Source of the DNA: an uncultured Actinomycetes bacterium | GTDB taxonomy: Bacteria; Actinomycetota; UBA4738; HRBIN12 | DNA length: 64,000 nucleotides | Direction of reading: 5' to 3' | Assembly (NCBI GenBank): GCA_963775735.1 | Contig: CAVZKD010000007.1 | Coordinates: 2,177,239 to 2,241,238, forward strand | In this document: in pieces, positions 31,540-39,900 of the stretch | Layout: each line of letters begins with the position of its first letter | Position numbering within the stretch: the stretch's first letter is position 1 | Notes under the pieces: model-generated | Told to the model about the DNA's origin: nothing | The model's input: only the letters and a program-made list of their open reading frames with translations | Database searches by the model: none | Position numbers and translations under genes: made by a program

Positions 31540-31723
31540 GATCCGATCCCGTCGTCCGTCGCACGCCTGATCCGTACCGAGAGGCGGATCGGCCGCGGGG
31601 CACGACCCATCCCTTGCCCGTCAGAGGATCCCCGGACTGTGCCCGGGGTACACAGCCTACTAGACGGACGCGCCCCGCGCGCATCGACGGCGTTCCGAGC
31701 AGCGGACGACCTAGGATGCGCGT

Positions 31724-34700
31724 GTGAAACGTTGCGCATCGTGCGGCGAGGAGAACGCGGATCGAGCTCGATTCTGTCAGCGCTGCGCGGCGCCACTCGA
31801 AGCGGCAGAAGAACGCTCCGAGGTCCGCAAGGTCGTCACGATCGTGTTCGCGGACGTCACCGGCTCGACCGCGTTGGGCGAGCGGCTCGACCCCGAGGCG
31901 CTCCGCCGGGTGATGGGTCGGTACTTCGACGAGATGTCCGCGGTGATCGAACGTCACGGCGGAACGGTGGAGAAGTTCATCGGCGATGCGGTGATGGCCG
32001 TGTTCGGGATCCCCCGCCTCCACGAAGACGACCCGCTCCGTGCGGTCCGTGCGGCGGCCGGCATGCGCGAGGCGCTCACGGGGCTCAACGCCGATCTCGA
32101 ACGCGACCACGGCGTCGGCCTCGCCGCTCGCATCGGCGTGAACACCGGGGAGGTGGTCACCGGCGACGCGGGCTCCGATCAGCGGCTCGTGACCGGGGAC
32201 GCCGTGAACGTCGCCGCCCGCCTGGAGCAGGCGGCTCCAGCCGGCGAGGTCCTGCTGGGCGACTCCACATATCGCCTGGTCAAGGACGCGGTACAGGTCG
32301 AGCCCGTCGAACCGCTCGAGCTGAAGGGCAAGTCGGAACCCGTCCCCGCGTACCGCCTCGTGCAGGTGCTCGAGGCCCCAGAAGGGCATGCCCGGAACCT
32401 CGACTCGCCGATGGTCGGGAGGGCCAAGGAGCTCGAACTCCTCGAACGCGCACTCGACCGCGCGGTGTCGGAACGGACCTCACACCTGTTCACGCTCCTC
32501 GGGCCCGCGGGCGTCGGGAAGTCGCGGCTGGTACAGGAGTTCCTCTCCGGGACGGGAGCGACCGCCCGCCTGCTGCGCGGCCGCTGCCTCTCGTACGGAG
32601 ACGGCATCACGTTCTTCCCGCTCGCCGAGATCGTCGAGGAGGCCGCCGGCATCTCGCGGGACGACGATCTGGAGACGGCGCGCTCGAAGGTTCGCGGGTT
32701 GCTCGCTGGCGCGGACGACGCCGAACGCATCGTGTCGCTCGTCGGGAGCCTCCTCGGGTGGGGGGGCGAGTCCGGCGCGAGCGAAGAAGCGTTCTGGGGC
32801 GTCCGCAAGCTCCTCGAACACCTCGCGAGCGAGCGACCCGTGGTCGTCGTGTTCGACGACATCCATTGGGCCGAACCGACCTTCCTCGACCTCATCGAGC
32901 ACCTGGCGGACTGGACGCGCGATGCCGCGCTGTTGTTGCTCTGCGTCGCCCGGCCCGAGCTGCTCGAGGTGCGGACGAACTGGGGCGGCGGCAAGCTGAA
33001 CGCGACGACGATCCTGCTCGAGCCGCTCCCGGACGAGCAGGCGTCGCAACTCGTGGACAACCTGCTCGGACGCGCCGACATCCCACCGGTCGCCCGACGA
33101 CGGATCCTCGAGGCGTCCGAGGGCAACCCGCTGTTCGTCGAGGAGATGCTGGGCATGCTGATCGACGACGGATTGCTGCGCTTCGAGGACGGCTCATGGC
33201 GACCGGTCGAGGACCTCGCCGACGTCACGGTCCCGCCGACGATCCAGCTGCTGCTCGCCGCTCGACTTGATCGGCTCGATTCCGAGGAGCGCGGCGTGAT
33301 CGAACGAGGCTCGGTCGAGGGCAAGGTCTTCCACGCCGGGGCGGTCACCACGCTCTCCCCCGAGGCACAGCGGCCCACCGTCCGGCCGCGGTTGCTCGCG
33401 CTCGCGCGCAAGGAGCTGATCCGGCCGGACCGAGCCGACTTCGCGGGGGAGGACGCGTTCCGGTTCCGTCATCTCCTGATCCGCGACGCCGCGTACCAGG
33501 CCATGCCCAAAGAGCAACGCGCCGACCTGCACGAGCGCTTCGCGGGCTGGCTCGAACGCACGGCCGGCGACCGCGTCCTCGAGTACGAGGAGATCCTCGC
33601 GTACCACCTCGAACAGGCGTACCGCTTCCGGGTCGAGCTCGGCCCTCCGGACGACCGGACGCGAGCGATCGCGCAGGCCGCGGCGACCCGACTGCTCTCA
33701 TCGGCCGATCGAGCGGAGGAGCGGGGCGACTACGCGACCGCGCAGTCGCTGCTCGAGCGGTGTGCCGAGCTCTCCGAAGGCGCCGAGCGGGCGCACGCGC
33801 TCACGGTGCTCGCCTCCGCGCTGAGCGAGCTCAACGACTTCCCTGCCGCGATGGAGACCGCAACCCAAGCCCTCGCGGCCGCCACGAGCGCGGGCGACGA
33901 GCAGTACGCCCTCCGCGCCGAGCTCGTCCGGATCGAGGCGCGCGCGCACGTCGACCCCTCGTACCCGAGCGCGAAGACTCGACAGGACACCGAGTCGGTC
34001 CTCCGCCGGCTGGAGGAGATCGGCGACGACGACGGCGTCTTCCGCGCGCTTCTCGCGGTCGGGCGCCTCGACTTCTACGAGGGCCACTGCATGAAGAGTC
34101 TCGCCGTTTCGCAGCGGCTGTTCGAACGGGCCCGTGGCAAGTCGTATCGAGACCGGATCGCTGTTGCGCAGGCGTTCGGCAGCGCCGCCTTCTTCGGTCC
34201 ACTCCCCCCGGACGAGTCGTTGGAGCTCGTCGACCGAGCCTTGGAGCTCGTCGCCGGAAGCATCGTCGACGACGCTGCATTCGGATCGGTGCGCGCGGGG
34301 CTGTTCGCGATGCAGGGTCTCTCCGACGACGCCCGAGGCGAGATGGCGCGCGCACGCGGCCTCTGGGCGGAGCTCGGCGACCCGAGCATCATGACGATCA
34401 CGTTCCTCGCGACCGGCAACATGGAGATGATCCTCGGAAGTCCCGAACGAGCCGAGCGGGCCTTCCGAGAAGGGGTGGAGCTGCTCGACCGGCTCGGGGA
34501 GACCGGGTTCAATTCCACGTTCTTGGCCGGCCTGGCGAGCGCGCTTTGCGAACAGGGACGGTTCGATGAGGCCGAGGAGATCGCACGCCGCAGCGAAGCG
34601 CTCACTGCCGAGGGCGACTTCGCCTCTGAAGCGTGGTGGCGGCAGGCGCAAGCGCTGGTCCTGTCGAGCCGGGGCGATCACGACGGGGCGATCGCGATGG

Positions 34701-34909
34701 CCGACGCGGCGATCGCCTTCGTGCAACCGACGGACTACGTCGGGATGATCGGCGATGCGCACGAGGTGCGAGGGGTCGTGTTGGCGGCCGCCGGACGGCA
34801 CGATGATGCTCAGGCGTCGTTCGAAGAAGCTATCGCATCACTCGAGCGGAAGGGCATCGTCCCCGCGATCGCGCGGTTGCACCGGCGCATCGCCGCGCTG
34901 CCGTCGTAG
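31724..34909 (+). CDS. Zinc-ribbon + class III adenylate/guanylate cyclase + STAND/AAA_16 ATPase + TPR protein (intact).
   Basis: Motifs in order are CASCGEENADRARFCQRCAAPL; VVTIVFADVTGST, EKFIGDAVMAVFG and GDAVNVAARLEQ; Walker A GPAGVGKSRL; VVFDDIHWAEP; SEGNPLFVEEML; then about 450 aa of TPR-like repeats. It is a single 1061-aa ORF. Confidence 0.9.
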   Translation: MKRCASCGEENADRARFCQRCAAPLEAAEERSEVRKVVTIVFADVTGSTALGERLDPEALRRVMGRYFDEMSAVIERHGGTVEKFIGDAVMAVFGIPRLHEDDPLRAVRAAAGMREALTGLNADLERDHGVGLAARIGVNTGEVVTGDAGSDQRLVTGDAVNVAARLEQAAPAGEVLLGDSTYRLVKDAVQVEPVEPLELKGKSEPVPAYRLVQVLEAPEGHARNLDSPMVGRAKELELLERALDRAVSERTSHLFTLLGPAGVGKSRLVQEFLSGTGATARLLRGRCLSYGDGITFFPLAEIVEEAAGISRDDDLETARSKVRGLLAGADDAERIVSLVGSLLGWGGESGASEEAFWGVRKLLEHLASERPVVVVFDDIHWAEPTFLDLIEHLADWTRDAALLLLCVARPELLEVRTNWGGGKLNATTILLEPLPDEQASQLVDNLLGRADIPPVARRRILEASEGNPLFVEEMLGMLIDDGLLRFEDGSWRPVEDLADVTVPPTIQLLLAARLDRLDSEERGVIERGSVEGKVFHAGAVTTLSPEAQRPTVRPRLLALARKELIRPDRADFAGEDAFRFRHLLIRDAAYQAMPKEQRADLHERFAGWLERTAGDRVLEYEEILAYHLEQAYRFRVELGPPDDRTRAIAQAAATRLLSSADRAEERGDYATAQSLLERCAELSEGAERAHALTVLASALSELNDFPAAMETATQALAAATSAGDEQYALRAELVRIEARAHVDPSYPSAKTRQDTESVLRRLEEIGDDDGVFRALLAVGRLDFYEGHCMKSLAVSQRLFERARGKSYRDRIAVAQAFGSAAFFGPLPPDESLELVDRALELVAGSIVDDAAFGSVRAGLFAMQGLSDDARGEMARARGLWAELGDPSIMTITFLATGNMEMILGSPERAERAFREGVELLDRLGETGFNSTFLAGLASALCEQGRFDEAEEIARRSEALTAEGDFASEAWWRQAQALVLSSRGDHDGAIAMADAAIAFVQPTDYVGMIGDAHEVRGVVLAAAGRHDDAQASFEEAIASLERKGIVPAIARLHRRIAALPS

Positions 34910-34926
34910 CCGCCGTACCCGGTAGC

Positions 34927-35511
34927 ATGTGCGCGATGGCCGTCCCCTCGACGATGCTCCCGCTCGGGACCAAGACTCCGGAGTTCGCGCTGCCAGACGT
35001 GATGACAGGTCGGACGGTGTCGAACGCGGACTTCGCCGAGCGGCAGGGACTCCTCGTCATGTTCATCTGCCGCCACTGCCCGTACGTCGCGCATGTTCGC
35101 GCCGGCCTGGCGGAGTTCGGCCGGGACTACCAGGATGCGAACATCGGGATCGTCGCCGTCAGCTCCAACGACCCAACGACGCATCCGGAAGACGCACCGG
35201 CGAGCCTCGCGGAGGAGGCCCGCGAGGCCGGCTACACCTTCCCGTACCTCTACGACGAGTCACAGGAGGTCGCGAAGTCGTACACGGCCGCCTGCACGCC
35301 CGACTTCTTCCTGTTCGACGGCGATCGCGCGCTCGTCTACCGGGGTCAGTTCGACGACAGCCGGCCGAGCAACGGCCTCCCCGTTACCGGAGAGAGCCTC
35401 CGCGCCGCCGTCGACGCTGTGCTCGAGGGACGTCCGGTCGCCGAAGTCCAGCGGCCGAGCATCGGGTGCAGCATCAAGTGGCGGGCCGGCAACGAGCCCG
35501 CCTTCGCGTAG
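34927..35511 (+). CDS. Thioredoxin-fold (AhpC/TSA-redoxin-like) protein.
   Basis: Motifs are LLVMFICRHCPYV (a CxxC-like motif), VAVSSNDP, YLYDESQEVAKSY and PDFFLFD. Confidence 0.85.
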   Translation: MCAMAVPSTMLPLGTKTPEFALPDVMTGRTVSNADFAERQGLLVMFICRHCPYVAHVRAGLAEFGRDYQDANIGIVAVSSNDPTTHPEDAPASLAEEAREAGYTFPYLYDESQEVAKSYTAACTPDFFLFDGDRALVYRGQFDDSRPSNGLPVTGESLRAAVDAVLEGRPVAEVQRPSIGCSIKWRAGNEPAFA

Positions 35512-35592
35512 GGCTGCGAACCGCCCGCAGATCGTCGGACGATCTCGCCGAAGACGCGACCCTTCGGTTCGACCGGAGATGGCCGATGGCTT

Positions 35593-36372
35593 CTACGGGC
35601 TCCGCGTACTCCTGCCCGCCCCCCCAGAGAGCCACTCCGCTTCGACGCTTCCGTCCACGGCATCGCAGACCTCCTCGATGCATCGCGCCATGAGATCGAC
35701 GCTCGACATGGCGGACAGAGCCACAACCTCCTCGAGCTCGCGCGACAGCGGCAGCGAGTCGACGACTCGGTCCAGTTCGTCACCGTGGTCGGTGTCGAGT
35801 TCAGCGTGCTCGATCAGCGTGCGGAAGGCCCGACGCGGAAGCCCCGTGCTCTCGATGAGCCGCTCGATGAGCCTCGGCGAGGTCGGATAGCCCTCGGTCA
35901 CGGACATGTACCCGAGCACCGCGACGGGATGGTAGTGGAGCGCCCAGTAGTACTGCGAACCGATCATGCGCGCGACCGCGGGGCTCGGTACGCGCGACAG
36001 GACCGATGCCCGGTCGACCCCCAACACCTCCAGGTCCTCCAAGACCCACTCGTCGTGCCCGAGCTCCTCCTCGATGTGTCGATCGAGGTAGTCGGCCAGC
36101 CCGTCGGCCACCGGATCGGACGACATCGCCCGTGCCTGCTGGTGCGCACTCTTCATCAAGGGAACGGATCCACGGATGACGCAATGCACGGTGATGAGGT
36201 ACTCGGGGTACGCCTCGCGGATCCTGGGGTGGTTCACGAGCCGTGTCGAGGCCGCCGCCAGGGGTGCGCTGACGAGCCCGATCTTTCGATGGAGCCGATC
36301 GCTGTGCGTGTCTGCAGGAGCAGCCAACGGCGTCACGCTCGAGGTTCCGCCGGTGGGGCCGGAGCGGGGCAC
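35593..36372 (-). CDS. Heme-oxygenase-like (iron-containing redox enzyme family) putative di-iron oxidase.
   Basis: The protein is all-helical with two carboxylate/His motifs: HIEEELGHDEW (ExxH) and IEHAELDTDHGDE (DxxH). The GTG start lies 3 nt after the stop of the upstream small ORF. Confidence 0.7.
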   Translation of the reverse strand: MPRSGPTGGTSSVTPLAAPADTHSDRLHRKIGLVSAPLAAASTRLVNHPRIREAYPEYLITVHCVIRGSVPLMKSAHQQARAMSSDPVADGLADYLDRHIEEELGHDEWVLEDLEVLGVDRASVLSRVPSPAVARMIGSQYYWALHYHPVAVLGYMSVTEGYPTSPRLIERLIESTGLPRRAFRTLIEHAELDTDHGDELDRVVDSLPLSRELEEVVALSAMSSVDLMARCIEEVCDAVDGSVEAEWLSGGAGRSTRSP

Positions 36373-36375
36373 CGT

Positions 36376-36627
36376 TTAGAGAGGCATCATCATGATCGAA
36401 GGCTCGTTCTGCATCCCCTTGTCTCTCAGCGTCCCGGTCGTATGGGCGATCACGTTGAGTTCGCCGTGCGAGAGCGTCTTCAGCGTGTTGATGAAATCTG
36501 CGGGGATCTGACTTGCGTCGATACCCTCGCTATCCATCGCCCCATCTGGGTCGTGCGAGAATCTCGCTCGGAACTGTCCTTTCCCCATGGCGATCGCGAG
36601 CTTCTCGACCTCCTCTTCAGCACTCAT
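36376..36627 (-). CDS. 83-aa NHLP-clan/Os1348-like helical small protein (possible RiPP precursor or carrier-like peptide).
   Basis: The ATG at 36627 follows AAAAGGGGGGGAC. FRARFSHDPDGAMDSEGIDASQIPADFINTLKTLSHGELNVI resembles NHLP-type leader helices. The C-terminal tail is GMQNEPSIMMMPL. GC is visibly lower than in the flanks. Confidence 0.5.
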   Translation of the reverse strand: MSAEEEVEKLAIAMGKGQFRARFSHDPDGAMDSEGIDASQIPADFINTLKTLSHGELNVIAHTTGTLRDKGMQNEPSIMMMPL

Positions 36628-36909
36628 GTCCCCCCCTTTTCGCAGGATTCCACCGCACGCCCTACACCTCCCGCTTGACCGTGTCAAACCGCGTGCTCAG
36701 GGTGAGACGAGAGCATCCCTTCCTTGCCCGGAGAACGAGGGACTTCGAGCCCGTCCCTCCCGGACAGCCGTGGGGACGCGGCGGTCGCCAACGGCGTGGT
36801 GCCGCGGTGTCGGTGTTGATCCGAGCAGCGCAGATGGGGTAGCCGCTCCCTTCCAGGGGTTGCGCGGCCGTGACTTCCGCCCTCCGAGTGACTGGCGTAC
36901 GTTCCTTCT

Positions 36910-39900
36910 ATGGAGTTCCGGATCCTCGGAACGCTCGAGGTCTCCACGGATGAAGGCCCGCTGCCGCTGGGTGGCCCCAAGCAGCGGCTGGTCCTGGCGC
37001 ACCTCATCGTGCGTGCGAACGCAGTGGTTCCCGCGGATGTCCTGATCGATGAGGTGTGGGGAGAGGAGCCTCCCGAAACGTCGCGTGGCACGCTGCAGTC
37101 ATACGTCTCGCACCTTCGGCAGTTGCTCGGGGCGAGACTCGAAGGACGCCAACCCGGCTACGTGCTGCACATCCATGAGGGCGAGCTCGACGCCGCGTCG
37201 TTCGAGGCGAAGGTCAAGGAGGCCAAGGTGTTGGTGGCCTCCGAACCGGCCAATGGGGCGGCCGCGTTCGCTGACGCTCTCGAGCTCTGGCGTGGGCCGG
37301 CCTTCGCGGACCTGGCCGAAGAGCTCTCGCTCCGTGGCGAGATCGCGCGGCTGGAAGAGCTCCGCCTAGCGGCGACCGAGCACCGGGTCGCGGCCGAGCT
37401 CGCGCTGGGGCGCCACTCCACCGTGGTCTCCGAGCTCGAGGCCCTGACCGTCCGATATCCGTTGCGTGAGCGGTTGTGGGCCCATCTGATGCTCGCGCTC
37501 TTCCGAAGCGGCCGCCAGGCGCAGGCACTCTCGACCTACGAACGCGCGCGACAGGTGCTGGCTTCGGAGCTCGGCGCGGACCCATCCCCGGAGCTCCAGC
37601 AGCTCCACCGGCAGATCCTGAGCCAGGACCCCGAGCTGAGGGGGCCGCTCGCGCCCGCCCCGACCCCGGCCGCTCCGACCGCTCCGACCGCCCCGACCTC
37701 GATCGCTCGCCCTCCGAAGGAGGATCTCGGGCCGGGCGTCGATTTCGCCGCCTACCGGATCGAGGGGATCATCGGTCGCGGCGGCATGGGCGTCGTGTAT
37801 CTCGCCGAGCACGAGGGCCTGAGGCGGAAGGTCGCGTTGAAGCTCCTCGCCCCCCCGCTGGCGGAGGACCATCGGTTCCAGGAGCGGTTCGTTCGGGAGT
37901 CCCGATTGGCCGCGTCGATCGATCACCCGAACGTGATCCCGATCTACGAGGCCGGCGAGGCCGACGGCCGGTTGTACATCGCGATGCGGTACGTGGAGGG
38001 AACGAACCTCGGCACCCTGCTGCGCGAGAAGGGCGCGCTCGACACCATCCAGGCATCTCGGATCGTCGGTCAGGTCGCCGCTGCGCTCGACGCCGCCCAC
38101 GAGCAGGGGCTCGTGCACCGCGACGTCAAGCCCGCGAACATCCTCATCGCACGACAGCGAGGCACGGAGGCCGGCACGCACGCGTACCTCACCGACTTCG
38201 GGCTCACCAAAAGGTCCGCGAGCGATTCGGGTGTTACCGGGACCGGTCAGTTCGTGGGAACACTCAACTACGCGGCACCCGAGCAGTTCCGCGGCGGGAC
38301 CGCGGACGCGAGAACCGACGTGTACTCGCTCGGTTGCGTGCTCTACGAGTGCCTCTCGGGACATCCACCCTTCCGGGCCGAGAACGACGCCGCCCTGATG
38401 TTCGCGCATCTGATGGAGGAGCCACCGGCGCTGACGGCGGTGCGCTCCGATCTACCGATGGACATCGACGAGGTGGTCGCAACGGCGATGGCCAAGAAGC
38501 CGGAGGATCGCTTCCCGAGCGCCGGCGTGTTCGCTTCCCGAGCCTCCGCGGCTCTCAGCCACCCATCGGATGGATCGCGGACCGACCGCGGAGAGGACCT
38601 CGACAGCGCCCCAGGCTCAACCGGGGCCCGGAAGGTCGTGACCGTCCTGTTCTGCGACGTCGTCGGGTCCACAGACCTAGGGGAATCGCTCGATCCCGAG
38701 TCACTCCGCCGGGTGATGACGCGGTACTTCGAAGCGATGAAAGCCGTCCTCGATCGGCACGGCGGCCGCGTTGAGAAGTTCATCGGAGACGCGATCATGG
38801 CCGTCTTCGGTGTTCCGGTCGCGCACGAGGACGATGCCCATCGGGCCGTACGCGCGGCGACGGAGATGCGAGAGGTGCAACGGAGGCTGAACGAGGAATT
38901 CCAGGATGCGTGGGGCGTCCGGGTCACCAGTCGCATCGGCGTGAACACGGGAGAGGTCGTCACCGGGGACCCCGCGACCGGTGGAACCTTCGCCACGGGG
39001 GATGCGGTCAACGTTGCCGCACGTCTTGAGCAGGCTGCCGAGCCCGGCGAGATCTTGGTCAGCGAGGCGACCTACCGGTTGATCCGGGACCTGGCGTCCG
39101 CCGAATCGATCGCGCCGCTTGCCATGAAGGGGAAGGCCCGACCCGTTGCGGCATGGAGGTTGCTCGAGATAGCCGCGGGCGCGGCCCCGCGAGGGGCGCC
39201 GGGTTTGGACTCCCCCCTCGTTGGCCGCGAAGTCGAGCTCGCTGACCTTCATGCGTCCTTCCAACGCGCGGTCGAGGCGCGGACATGCGAGATCGTGACG
39301 GTGCTCGGCGCCGCGGGCGTCGGCAAGTCGCGACTGATCTCGGAGTTCCACAGGGACCTGACCGGCGAGGTCCGGGTGGTCAGAGGCCGCTGTCTCCCCT
39401 ACGGGGAGGGGATCACGTTCTGGCCCCTTGTCGGCGTCCTGCGGGAATCTGCGGGTATCGGCGAGATGGACTCACCGGAGCAGGCCGAAGCGAAGTTCGC
39501 TGTGCTGCTGAAGGCAGCGAAGGACTCGGTCCTCGTCCGACAGCGCCTGACCGCACTCCTCGGGATCTCCGATGTGGCGCCCGGGATGCAGGAAACCTTC
39601 TGGGCCGTACGCAAGCTCTTCGAAGAACTGGCGAGTCGAGAACCTCTGGTGGTGGTGTTCGACGATATCCATTGGGGCGAGCCCACCTTCCTCGATCTGC
39701 TCGAGTACCTGGTCGACTGGTTGCAAGGCGTGCCGGTGCTGCTCGTCTGCATGGCCCGTCCAGACCTGCTCGAGGTCCGCGCAGAATGGCTCAGCGGCAA
39801 GACGAACGCGGTCCTGATCAGACTCCGCCCATTGGCCGAATCGGAGACCGAGCGGTTGATCCGGAACCTGCTGGGAAGCACGCCCGCCGAGGGGGCGGTC

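Noticed and set aside
35593-36372. The heme-oxygenase-like protein as PqqC, which would link to the PQQ-dependent dehydrogenase at 24077.
   Set aside because: There are no pqqA/B/D/E genes. The adjacent small ORF is 83 aa and lacks the PqqA E-x3-Y motif. The ExxH/DxxH di-iron-type motifs point away from cofactorless PqqC.
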